A DNA stretch of 64,000 nucleotides, from assembly GCA_965261085.1 (NCBI GenBank), contig OZ253442.1, positions 1,120,001 through 1,184,000 on the forward strand, read 5' to 3'. The notes beneath the pieces were generated by a model. That model was given only the letters and a program-made list of their open reading frames with translations. It did not search any database and had not been told where the DNA came from. A program made the translations under genes and the position numbers. The number at the start of each line of letters is the position of its first letter. Positions within the stretch are counted from its first letter, which is position 1. This DNA is from a bacterium. Lineage in GTDB: Bacteria; UBA8248. This document shows, piece after piece, positions 1-8,965 of the stretch.

Positions 1-184
1 TGAAATAACGGGCCAACCGCAGCGCAGTCTCAGCAGTGATACCCCGGCGCCCACGAACGATTTCGCTGATTCGCACCGGTGATACACCAATCGCCCTGGC
101 GAGAGCGGCGCAAGACAGCGCGAAAGGCTGCATAAAATCGTGTTTCAAAATTTCGCCGGGGTGAACTGGTTCCAGCTTGCTCAT
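1..184 (-). CDS. higA: HigA-family antitoxin (HTH), runs off window start
   Basis: Manual translation from ATG 184: MSKLEPVHPGEILKHDFMQPFALSCAALARAIGVSPVRISEIVRGRRGITAETALRLARYF; HPGEIL and ITAETALRL motifs; GGAGGG RBS; follows higB. Confidence 0.93.
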   Translation of the reverse strand, partial: MSKLEPVHPGEILKHDFMQPFALSCAALARAIGVSPVRISEIVRGRRGITAETALRLARYF

Positions 185-206
185 GGCGCTCCCTCCTTGT
201 TCGGCG

Positions 207-485
207 TTAGTGATAGTCGACTATTTCGACATCGTAGGCGTCTCCTTCAGAAAACCGGAAACAGAGCCGCCACTGCTCGTTGATCCGGATACTGTACCAA
301 CCGCGGAGTTCGCCTCGTAGCGCCTCGAGCCGATTCCCTGGTGGCACCCGAAGGAAAGCGAGCGTTGCGGCAGCATCCAACTGCGCGAGTTTACGCCGAG
401 CGACTCGTTCCACGCTCGCGAAACGGCGCACCCGATAATTATTGGCGAGCCGTTCGGTATCCTTGCAACGGTAGCTTCGAATCAT
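207..485 (-). CDS. higB: HigB-family (RelE superfamily) toxin
   Basis: MIRSY...PPGNRLEALRG...YSIRINEQWRLCFRF...VEIVDYH; toxin precedes antitoxin. Confidence 0.93.
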   Translation of the reverse strand: MIRSYRCKDTERLANNYRVRRFASVERVARRKLAQLDAAATLAFLRVPPGNRLEALRGELRGWYSIRINEQWRLCFRFSEGDAYDVEIVDYH

Positions 486-747
486 CTGTCGCCAGATATG
501 GCATTTCGATGGGTTGTTGTCAAATAATCCAGTGAATGGGCGTCCAGATAAGCCATACAGAGGAAACTACATCCCCGGGCAAATAAATCAAGCAACAGGC
601 CCGAGGCTAGACATGGCATTTACAAACCTTTTGGCGAGTTTTTCGCATCCCTTCTCTCCAGAGAGCGTATCATCGCACCATTTGATCCATGGTTTCGAAG
701 CCGACCCTCTTGAATCGATGAATTTGACTTAAGGTTTTTACTGATTC

Positions 748-776
748 ATGTTCCCCGCCCGCGCGGGGATGAACCG
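748..776 (+). CRISPR. Solitary type I-E-like CRISPR repeat (no array, no cas genes in window)
   Basis: ATGTTCCCCGCCCGCGCGGGGATGAACCG, 29 nt, TCCCCGC/GCGGGGA stem and ATGAACCG 3' handle as in I-E repeats. Confidence 0.7.
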
Positions 777-1179
777 CCGGACGATGGATGAACCCGGAAA
801 CCACCCCAGGAGCGCGGAAAGAGGCTGCTTTCGCCGGGACACGACGGCGCATCCGGCATTCCCACCCCCCCGGTTTCCGGTTTCGGGGGAAGACGCACGA
901 CCCTCATCGCAGGCCTGCGCGCGTCTGTCGTAAAACCGTCGATACTCCGTTTGTTGCCCGGTTGAAACACCCGTACATTCGTATTATATTCGATATTGTA
1001 AGACCGATGGGAGCGCCGGCGGGAAATCCCCGGCGACGATTGCGCGCTCCGCGCCTGGTCCGTGACCGGCGGATGCGCGGCAGCGCTTCCGCGACACGCA
1101 AGGCCGGGAGAACACCTCTTTGGGAATCCGTGCACGAGACAGAAGCCGCACCGGCTGGAGGGCCGTCCTGGAGCCCGGC

Positions 1180-1770
1180 ATGTGGTTGCGCTCGCTGCTC
1201 TTAACGGCTGTCTTCGTCGTTTCGACCTCGGCGCTGGCGTGTATCGTGGGGTTTGCGCGCGACACGACGGGCCATGACTGGCATGCGACCGGCAAGCTCT
1301 TCCTGGCGGAAATCCTCTTAGCGCTCAACTTCGACCCCCGGGCGCAGGTTAAATACCGGACGAGGGAGGGCGCGGAAGTGACTCTCGCCCGCGGTGAGCT
1401 CGCGTTCAGCGGCGAGGCGCTGCTGGCGCGGGACCACCTCCTACGCACGGCGAGGCGAGCCGCCGAACTCGGCGCCTGGTGCGGCATCGGCGGTGCGCTG
1501 GTGTGCCTGGTGCTGGTCCGGCGGCAAGAGGACGAACGCGGCGAGCGGCGCACGTCGCCCGAGCCGCCCCGCAGGAGGCCGGGCTCAGGTGTATCGACGC
1601 CGGTGGCCACGGCGCCTGTTCGCGCACCGGCGGTGCGGCCGCCGGGACCGGATACTCCGCGGCCCCTGAATCCGCAGCCTGCCGGCTCGGACCGCAGGGA
1701 TACGGCCCCGGGCAGGGAAGACGCGGCGGCGCCCGCCCGCCGCGAACGCGGCTACGGGCGCTGGATCTGA
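1180..1770 (+). CDS. Mini-TraD: N-terminal membrane region of a coupling protein plus Pro-rich tail, no ATPase domain
   Basis: TTGHDWHATGKLFLAEILLALNFDPRAQVKYRTREG aligns by eye with TraD TTSAHEWRVVGLGVLAEAKLGLGYSPDSRQAYEWREG; stop overlaps traI start (TGATG); start uncertain (1120 or 1180). Confidence 0.65.
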   Translation: MWLRSLLLTAVFVVSTSALACIVGFARDTTGHDWHATGKLFLAEILLALNFDPRAQVKYRTREGAEVTLARGELAFSGEALLARDHLLRTARRAAELGAWCGIGGALVCLVLVRRQEDERGERRTSPEPPRRRPGSGVSTPVATAPVRAPAVRPPGPDTPRPLNPQPAGSDRRDTAPGREDAAAPARRERGYGRWI

Positions 1771-4751
1771 TGGTCGCCTCGATCGGCGCGGTGGCGAGCC
1801 CCTCGCAGGGCGCCGCCTACTACGAACGGGACGGCTACTACGCGAAGGACTCGGCCGAGCACCGGAGGCTGAGCGCCTGGGCCGGCAAGGGCGCCGAAGC
1901 CCTGGGCCTAGAGGGCGCAGTCGATCCGGACGTGTTCCGGGCGGTGCTCGAGGGCCATGTGCCGGACGGCTCCGGGCAACGCCTCGGCCGCAGGACCCGG
2001 GACGGAGAGATTCACCACCGGCCCGGGCGCGACCTCACCTTCTCGGCGCCCAAGTCCGTATCCCTCGTTGCGCTCATCGGCGGCGACGCGCGCATCGTCG
2101 ACGCCCACGAGCGCGCCGTCACGCGGGCGCTCGGGTGGTTCGAGCGAGGCACCGCCGAGACCCGGATGCGGGACCAGGCTACCGGACGGATGGTACGGGC
2201 CGGCGGCCAGAAGGCCGTGATCTCCACGTTCCGGCACGAGACGTCGCGGAACCTCGACCCGGCGCTGCATACCCACTCGGTCATCGCCAACATGTTGCTC
2301 GGCCCGGACGGCAAATGGAGGACGATGGCGAACGAGCGCCTCTATGCTTCCAAGATGCTGCTGGGCGCGCTCTACCGGAGCGAACTCGCAGGTGATCTGG
2401 CGAGGCTCGGGTACCGGATCGAGAAGACCCACGCCGACGGGCGATTCGAGATCGCGGGCGTCTCGCGCGAAATCGTCGAGGCGTTCTCCTCGCGCCGCGC
2501 CGAGATCGAAGCGGCGATGGAAAGCCGGGGCCACGGCGCCACGGCGGAGAACCAGCACCTCGCCCGGCGGGCGGCCCTGATGACCCGTGCGCACAAGCGC
2601 GACGTCGACAAGGAGGCGCTGCGCGGGATCTGGGCAAAACAGGCGTCAGAACTCGGCTTCGACGCGAAAGCGCTCGTCGCCTCGGCCATGGAGCGGGCGT
2701 CGCGCGGCCCGGAGAAAGAGAACTCACGGGAAGCGGGCAGGGACGCTCCGCCCGGGGCGGATCGGCAGGCGTACCTCATCGGGCATCCGTCGCGGACGGG
2801 ACCTGCGAAGGAGGCCGTCGAGTGGGCGATTTCGCATCTCTCGGAGCGTGATGCGGTGTTTGCGAGGAATGGACTGCTCGCCGCAGCGCTCGCCTACAGC
2901 CCCGGCGCCGCGTCCATCGGTGCCATCGAGCGGGTCGTCGAGGGTCTCACGCGCGAGGGCCGCCTGCACGATGCGCCCGTGCTCCCCGGATCGGGTCCGG
3001 GGCAGGCCGGAGGCGGGGGGCTCACCACCGATGTGGCCGTGGCCCGTGAGCGCGAGACGATCGCGCTGATGCGCGCGGGTGCTGCCCGGGGCAAGGCGGC
3101 GATGCGCGGCTGGATGGTGGATCGGCATCTGCGCAATGGGCCGCTCACGGCCGGGCAGAAACGGGCGGTGAAACTCATCCTTTCGGAGAAGGACCGGACC
3201 GTCGGCGTGCAGGGCTACGCCGGCGCCGGCAAGACCCGGATGCTCGATCGCGCGCGAACGATTGCGGGGAAGAAGGGCTGGCGCGTCGCGGGGCTCGCCC
3301 CCTCGGCGTCGGCGGTGCGCACGCTGGAGGCGGAATCGGGGATTAAGAGCGAGACCCTGCAGCGGTTCCTGGCGCGCAACGTCGGGCTGGCCGAAGGCCG
3401 CCTCACGAAAGGGGCCGCCAGAAAGATGCGCGCCGCCTTCGCGAAGACCGTGCTGGTGGTCGACGAGGGCTCGCTGGCGTCCACCGCCCAGGCCCGCGAC
3501 CTGCTCCGGATCGCGGGCGCCCTGCGCATACCGAAGCTCGTTCTCGTCGGGGACGCCAGGCAACTGGAAGCCGTCGACGCCGGCAAACCCTTCGCACAGC
3601 TCCAGGCAGCGGGCATGAAGACCGCGGTGATGGACGAGATCCTGCGCCAGCGCGACCCGGACCTCAAGGCCGCGGTCGAGGCGACTCTCGCGGGCGAGAT
3701 CGGGCGCGCATTTCAAAAACTGGGAGACAACGTCGCTGAAGTAAACCCCAAAAACATCGCGGGCGCCGTGGCGGCAAGGTGGCTGAAACTCTCCCCCGAC
3801 ATGCGCGAGCGCACCGGGGTGATGTCGCCTGGCCATGAACTGCGCGAGGCGATCAACGCCCACATCCGCGAACGCCTGGTCCGCGAGGGCCGCATCGCGG
3901 GTCCTGCGCTCAAGACGCGGAGGCTGGTTTCCAGGGGCTACACGAACGCCGAGAAGGCGTTAGCGGCCAACTACGCGCCCGGCGACGTGGTCGCCTTCCA
4001 CCGGTACTACAAGCGGATCGGGGTCGAAAAGGGCGAGGAGCGGCGCGTCATGGGCGTCGGTCGCGAGCGCGGAACCGTCCGGCTCGAAGGCCCTGAGGGC
4101 TCGAGCGTGGACTGGAAGCCGGCCCGGATCGGCGGGCGGCGGGGCGGGACCGAGGTCTACCGGGCCGAAACCATCGAGCTTCGCGCCGGCGACCGGGTGC
4201 GCTGGACCCGGAACGACAAGGGGCTGGGACTCGTGAACAGCGCCACCGCGGAGGTTTCAGGGGTACGCAACGGGCGGGTGACGTTCATGCTGGAGGAAGG
4301 CCGCAAGCTCGTCCTCACCCGGGGCGACCCGCAACTGCGCCATCTCGATCGCGCCTGGGCCTCGACCGTGCACGCCTTTCAGGGGCGCACGGTGGACAAC
4401 GTCATCGCCGCGATGGAGGCGAACCACCCTCACCTGACCACGGCGAAAGCGTTTTACGTCGAGATATCGCGCGCCCGCGATAGGGCCGAACTCGTCCCTG
4501 ACGACGCGAAGGCGCTCAGGGAACGCCTCGAAACCGTCACCGGCGAGCGCATCTCCGCACTCGAGGGCATTGGTGAATCCGTTCGTCCGGAGCCTGAACT
4601 CGACGTAAAGGCGCCTCTCGAACGCGAAATGCCGGAGCGGGAGCTGGCCGATTCCTCTTCCCCGGGCATGAAAACCGGACGAGAAATGCCGCGCACGAAG
4701 GCGCCCGAACCCGATCGCGGGAAGCGGATCGAGATGGACTTGGGGCTCTGA
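1770..4751 (+). CDS. traI: MOBF relaxase-helicase (TrwC/TraI type), copy 1
   Basis: YYERDGYY tyrosines, DLTFSAPKSVS, HETSRNLDPALHTH, GYAGAGKT Walker A, VVDE, STVHAFQG; start at MVASIG. Confidence 0.95.
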   Translation: MVASIGAVASPSQGAAYYERDGYYAKDSAEHRRLSAWAGKGAEALGLEGAVDPDVFRAVLEGHVPDGSGQRLGRRTRDGEIHHRPGRDLTFSAPKSVSLVALIGGDARIVDAHERAVTRALGWFERGTAETRMRDQATGRMVRAGGQKAVISTFRHETSRNLDPALHTHSVIANMLLGPDGKWRTMANERLYASKMLLGALYRSELAGDLARLGYRIEKTHADGRFEIAGVSREIVEAFSSRRAEIEAAMESRGHGATAENQHLARRAALMTRAHKRDVDKEALRGIWAKQASELGFDAKALVASAMERASRGPEKENSREAGRDAPPGADRQAYLIGHPSRTGPAKEAVEWAISHLSERDAVFARNGLLAAALAYSPGAASIGAIERVVEGLTREGRLHDAPVLPGSGPGQAGGGGLTTDVAVARERETIALMRAGAARGKAAMRGWMVDRHLRNGPLTAGQKRAVKLILSEKDRTVGVQGYAGAGKTRMLDRARTIAGKKGWRVAGLAPSASAVRTLEAESGIKSETLQRFLARNVGLAEGRLTKGAARKMRAAFAKTVLVVDEGSLASTAQARDLLRIAGALRIPKLVLVGDARQLEAVDAGKPFAQLQAAGMKTAVMDEILRQRDPDLKAAVEATLAGEIGRAFQKLGDNVAEVNPKNIAGAVAARWLKLSPDMRERTGVMSPGHELREAINAHIRERLVREGRIAGPALKTRRLVSRGYTNAEKALAANYAPGDVVAFHRYYKRIGVEKGEERRVMGVGRERGTVRLEGPEGSSVDWKPARIGGRRGGTEVYRAETIELRAGDRVRWTRNDKGLGLVNSATAEVSGVRNGRVTFMLEEGRKLVLTRGDPQLRHLDRAWASTVHAFQGRTVDNVIAAMEANHPHLTTAKAFYVEISRARDRAELVPDDAKALRERLETVTGERISALEGIGESVRPEPELDVKAPLEREMPERELADSSSPGMKTGREMPRTKAPEPDRGKRIEMDLGL

Positions 4752-4830
4752 ACGCGGCCCGACCGGGCCTGATTCCCACATTCCCTCGAAAAATTCGTAG
4801 CCGATGAACCGGCCAGCGGAACCAACGCAG

Positions 4831-5000
4831 GAGTTACACTCAGATCTTGTGTATGAGTTGAATTGAAGAAGGCAGCGCATCCTGCTGAAACGGGTTTGCC
4901 AAAAGCCTGGTCATTCAGCATACAGGAGATACGCTACCATGAGAAAAGATATGACGATTCCCTTCAGGAATACAGCCTTGCGGGACGAATTGAGCGAATC
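4831..5000 (+). mobile_element. IS256-family left-end remnant (terminal repeat plus first transposase codons)
   Basis: GAGTTACACTCAGATCTTGTGTATG...ATGAGAAAAGAT closely matches 28475-28645. Confidence 0.75.
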
Positions 5001-5046
5001 AATATTATTTATTTACACAGCCACTCTCAAGGAGTAGTGTCGGAGT

Positions 5047-5745
5047 ATGAACTGGAGAAGATCATGTTCTATTTTTGTTGGCGTTTCTAGCTTTTTGGGT
5101 TTCATTTACGACCTGCCCGGCAGGTGGGAAGACCGTAAAGCATGGAAGGAGATATGGTATTCCATAAAACCCGAATGGAGTTCTTCCGATTTAATTTTGT
5201 TATCTGTCAGTTTCGTACTCCTGCTTTATGGGACTTATCCATTATGGATGAAAATTCTTGGATGGCTATCACGGCTATGGAGAAATGTAAATCCAGATAC
5301 AAAGCCAACTGCCGTCGCGGTGGATACCAAACCTCTCAAATACAACTACACATTGAGCAAAGCGGTTGGTTGGGTGATACCTGCGTTATTGCTAGTCTTG
5401 CTAGCTGTTATTGCACTGAAGCCAACCATGAACTGGATTCAGGAAGAACAAAAACCCATGCAAGTCTCCAATGATTCCCTTAGAACCAGACCGATTTGCG
5501 GTTCCACCTGTACAAACTTTGCCTGGATTGTCGAAGTGTGCAAGCGAGAGGCTGTGAAAATCGGTGGTTTGACAGGTTCGCCTTTGGATTCTGATGCCGG
5601 AAAAGCCACACGCTACTTTCGGGGTTGCCTAATAGACAAGGAGATGAACTGGGAAATATGCAACAAAGGGGGACCCAAATGTATGAGGCTTAGTTATATA
5701 GGACTACATCGTCGAGGCACTGATCTTCCGTCGTTTATTGAGTGA
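5047..5745 (+). CDS. Hypothetical membrane protein with Cys-rich C-terminus (AT-rich cargo)
   Basis: 232-aa ORF, 2-3 hydrophobic segments, six C-terminal Cys, GGAG RBS. Confidence 0.65.
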   Translation: MNWRRSCSIFVGVSSFLGFIYDLPGRWEDRKAWKEIWYSIKPEWSSSDLILLSVSFVLLLYGTYPLWMKILGWLSRLWRNVNPDTKPTAVAVDTKPLKYNYTLSKAVGWVIPALLLVLLAVIALKPTMNWIQEEQKPMQVSNDSLRTRPICGSTCTNFAWIVEVCKREAVKIGGLTGSPLDSDAGKATRYFRGCLIDKEMNWEICNKGGPKCMRLSYIGLHRRGTDLPSFIE

Positions 5746-5800
5746 CTTGTATTCGAAAAATCAAAGCCATCAAGCTGTGAGTTTCTTGTACTCCCAGGGG

Positions 5801-5850
5801 GAGTTATCCTCAGGTCTTGTGTATGGGCTGAATTGAAGAAGGTGGCGCAT
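5801..5850 (+). mobile_element. Second short IS256 left-end remnant
   Basis: GAGTTATCCTCAGGTCTTGTGTATGGGCTGAATTGAAGAAGGTGGCGCAT matches 4831 and 28475. Confidence 0.7.
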
Positions 5851-5870
5851 ACCTGAGTCACCCTGTGCGT

Positions 5871-6257
5871 TCACGCCGGGCCTTCGTCCATGGTCTCGGC
5901 CATCGTCCTGCGGGCCGCGGCAATGAGGTTTTCGAGCTCTTTCCCGCGCCCGGCGTCGAGCAATCGTCCCCGATCCAGGGTCGCCATCATGTAGACCATG
6001 CGGTAGACGGCCTCGATGAGGGCGGCGTGTCCGGACGACAAGGTAACCGCTGGAGGCTCACCGAGCCGCTCCTCGGCGGCGGCGAGCGCGCCGGAGCGGA
6101 CGAGTTCGCCGGCCGCAATGCCGTGCAGCGCGGCGGCCCGCTCAACTAGACTCCACTCCGAACCCGAGAAGCGGACCGAGTGCGGCGCTCGCGGGTCGCT
6201 CGGGTTTTCCGCTAATTTTTTGCCCTTTCCGGGCTGATTCGGATCGTTTCGCGTCAT
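5871..6257 (-). CDS. Ribbon-helix-helix-like DNA-binding protein (possible relaxosome accessory), paralog of 36407-36778
   Basis: PHSVRFSGSEWSLVERAAALHGIAAGELVRSGALAAA strand-helix-helix pattern. Confidence 0.65.
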   Translation of the reverse strand: MTRNDPNQPGKGKKLAENPSDPRAPHSVRFSGSEWSLVERAAALHGIAAGELVRSGALAAAEERLGEPPAVTLSSGHAALIEAVYRMVYMMATLDRGRLLDAGRGKELENLIAAARRTMAETMDEGPA

Positions 6258-6473
6258 CTTTTTCGCTTCCTCAGGACAAGATCGGGCAACGAAACAGACC
6301 GTATCGACCGCCGATGCCGGTTCCCGACACGGCTCGTTTCAGGCGAAACCCAAGCATATCCGGAGCCGTCTACGCTTGATTCAACGTCCCGTGTTCAAGA
6401 CCTTGCAGCCAATTGCGAGAGCGTGCTCCGCCCCGATGCGGCCCCGGCGCACCGCGAAAAGGCCGTCACCGGG

Positions 6474-6612
6474 AGCATACGAACGTATTACGGACCGTAA
6501 CACATCGTGTTACGAAGCGCCACCAATTGCGACAGGCCCGGTATCCGTGCGCGACATGCGCAACCATGCGCCCTCAGGGATGAGAAAGGGTGTGTATGCT
6601 CTGAGCATACAC
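6474..6612. promoter_or_regulatory. GTATGCT/AGCATAC motif cluster, candidate RHH operator or oriT
   Basis: Perfect inverted repeat GTGTATGCT-CTG-AGCATACAC at 6592-6612; same motif at 20823 and 36252-36311. Confidence 0.45.
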
Positions 6613-7001
6613 TCGATCCGCCATAAATCTGACGCCCCGTGTCGCCGACAGGAGACGGGATAGCAGCCCGGTCGTCGTATGCCGGACCCCTGCAGCCCGC
6701 TGCGTTCCGGTGTGATAACAGGAGCCGCCGAAGGGCGTCCAATTGACCTAATCCGAGGGACAGACGATGGGGGAATCGACGCCGGAGAAGATGGCGAGCG
6801 GGAGCCGCCGCGGCGCCTGAGCGGTTGGAGACTCGGTGCAAGAGGGTGTGAGAGCGCTGAAGCTTGCGCCTGGATTCACAAGCGGAGGGCGAACAGGGCG
6901 CTGTAGCTTGCGCTTCTTATCACAAGCAGACGGACGACACGGGAGGCGACGAGCCGCGCCGCCACCGGGCGGGGTGGCGACGCGACTCGTGTGTGTTCGC
7001 C

Positions 7002-7955
7002 TCAAGCCGCGACGCGCTTGACGGGTATGCCGAGGCTTTGGGCTTTGTCGACGAGGTTGTCCGTGATGCCCGAACCCGGGAACGCGATCACGCCCTTGGG
7101 GAGGAGTGCCAGGAGTTCGTCGTTGCGCCTGAAGGGAGCGGCCCGTCCGTGCGCATCCCAGTCGGGCTTGCACACGACTTGGTGGACGCCGTTTCGCTCG
7201 GCCCATCCCGCCGCTATCTTCTCGGCGCCCGGGCCGCCGCCGTGGACGAGAACGACGTCGGCGTACTTGGCCTTGACCTTGTCGAGATGGCCGATGATTT
7301 TGCCTGCGTCGTTCGCCTCCTTGCCTCCCGCGACGGCGACGAGGGTTCCCTGGGGCAAGTGCGCGGTGTTCTCGCGGTCCTTTCTGGCTCTTTGAAAGTC
7401 GCGCGCGTCGATCATGGCGGAGGTGAGCTTGCCGGTCTGGGAGACGTGGGAGCCTCGCCGTGGCCGCCATACCTCGCCGGTCTCGATGCGGTAGGCCTCT
7501 GCGGCCGTGTCGCGCAGTCCTTCGAAGGCGTCGCGGCGGGCGGAGAGATTTTGAGCGCGGTCGGTCTTGAGTTCGAGTTCGCGCGAGCGGATCTCGGAGC
7601 CGTCCTGCTCGCGCTGTAGTTCGCGGATGCCGGGGATGAGTTTGTCGGCGGCGCGGTCGAGGCGCTGTGTCTGCGCGTCGATGGTGTTGACGAAGCCCCA
7701 GAGGAGGTTTCTTCGCTCATCCGCAAGCTGCGTGCCGTCGGGCGCTGCCTCGGCGAGCAGGTGGAAGGCTTTAAGGACGGCGGCGGTCGCCTCGTGCTCG
7801 TCCCACACGGGGCGGTTGTCGAACTCATCCGGCCCGGGCGTTGCGCCGAAGAGGGCGGCCTGCTCGCAGACCATGGCGGTGAAGGATTCGTTCTGGGCTT
7901 CGTGTTCCGTGTGCTCGTTCATGTTCATCTCCTTGTGGTCGTGTGTAGCGGTCAT
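7002..7955 (-). CDS. DUF2493 (YspA-related SLOG domain) protein, copy 1
   Basis: VVLVHGGGPGAEKIAAGWA...PDWDAHGRAAPFRRND...VIAFPGSGITDNLVDKA. Confidence 0.85.
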   Translation of the reverse strand: MTATHDHKEMNMNEHTEHEAQNESFTAMVCEQAALFGATPGPDEFDNRPVWDEHEATAAVLKAFHLLAEAAPDGTQLADERRNLLWGFVNTIDAQTQRLDRAADKLIPGIRELQREQDGSEIRSRELELKTDRAQNLSARRDAFEGLRDTAAEAYRIETGEVWRPRRGSHVSQTGKLTSAMIDARDFQRARKDRENTAHLPQGTLVAVAGGKEANDAGKIIGHLDKVKAKYADVVLVHGGGPGAEKIAAGWAERNGVHQVVCKPDWDAHGRAAPFRRNDELLALLPKGVIAFPGSGITDNLVDKAQSLGIPVKRVAA

Positions 7956-7976
7956 CGTTGACTCCTTTCGTAGTCC

Positions 7977-8348
7977 TCAAGCGAGGGGATGGTTGTATTG
8001 GGGCAGCGCGTAGCCGAGATCGTCCCGCTTCACTTCTTTGGGCATCTCGTCGAGATACCTGGCTGCCCATTCAGCGGCGCGCGCGAGGACGTCGCCGTGG
8101 CACGGGAGGGGCCGGCAGTGGCAGCCGAGTTCGCAGCCGTGCAGGTCGGCGAGTTCGTGGAGATTCACCTCCTCCTGCCGGATTTTTTCCCACAGCCATC
8201 GCCGGAATTTTTCGATCACGTCGTCGCGGTCGCCGTCCTGGCCGATGCGGAAGGGATTTCCCCACTTCGTCATGCGGTCGATCCTCACCAGCAAGCCACT
8301 GTCGAGTTCATCGACATAGGTGTTCAGGTTCACCACGGTGGTTTCCAT
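7977..8348 (-). CDS. DUF4326 domain protein, copy 1
   Basis: IDRMTKWGNPFRIGQDGDRDDVIEKFRRWL...LGCHCRPLPCHGDVL. Confidence 0.88.
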   Translation of the reverse strand: METTVVNLNTYVDELDSGLLVRIDRMTKWGNPFRIGQDGDRDDVIEKFRRWLWEKIRQEEVNLHELADLHGCELGCHCRPLPCHGDVLARAAEWAARYLDEMPKEVKRDDLGYALPQYNHPLA

Positions 8349-8852
8349 GCCTTTCTCCTTTCCAGAGAGTTAACGGATGCGCTTCTTAGCGTCCCATTTT
8401 CAGCACGTAAGGGCGCCGGTCGGTGTTTCCGGCGCCCGTAGGCGGGCGAATCAAGGGCTCGTCATTTTCCGGGGGGTTCCCGAAAAACACGGGTCATCGT
8501 TTTTTGGGGGGCACCGGCAAATGATGGCCGCTTGCGGCCACCCTTTATTCGCTCGGCGTTCGTGCTAAAATGAGGACGCTAAGAGAGAGACATTAGTATC
8601 GCCACCGGGATACAAGAGTTTTTGGTTGTTTCACGATGAAGGCGAAGCTCATCGGGAAACGATCTCTCATGCTGCGGAAAGGGTCATTTCGGGCCGTTTT
8701 TTCCGGCCCGAAATTCCCGCAGCGGGGGGTAGACCGAGCCACTGTCTTGAATATGGAATGATTGCAGGCGCCTGCGGATCTTCCGTGAACATGGTTTATC
8801 GTTCGCGGAACCGGAGATTTCCCGGGGGTTCCCGGTAGATGAGAGGGCCGGC
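8349..8852. promoter_or_regulatory. Multi-hairpin noncoding element, Frpo/ssi-like ssDNA promoter candidate, copy 1
   Basis: Long stem 8384-8407/8561-8584 with TGcTAAAAT in the 3' arm; nested hairpins; compensatory changes versus 18493-19027. Confidence 0.6.
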
Positions 8853-8904
8853 AGGGCGGGAAAGGCGAAGGGCTTCGGCGGCGGACTCCCTCTGGATAAC
8901 GAGC

Positions 8905-8938
8905 AAAAAAACAGGCCGACACCGAAGCGCCGGCCCGT
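8905..8938 (-). terminator. Intrinsic terminator after ssb
   Basis: GGCCGGCGC-TTCG-GTGTCGGCC then T-run on the minus strand; paralogous to 17216. Confidence 0.65.
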
Positions 8939-8965
8939 TGTGAGACCCAAAACACAAACCCTTGC

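Noticed and set aside
748-900. Full CRISPR array
   Set aside because: No second complete repeat at spacer distance; reported only as a solitary repeat
1479-1769. N-terminal extension of traI in the ORF track (also 40329-40493)
   Set aside because: MOBF relaxases begin at the MxSI motif; stop/start overlaps fix the starts at 1770 and 40328
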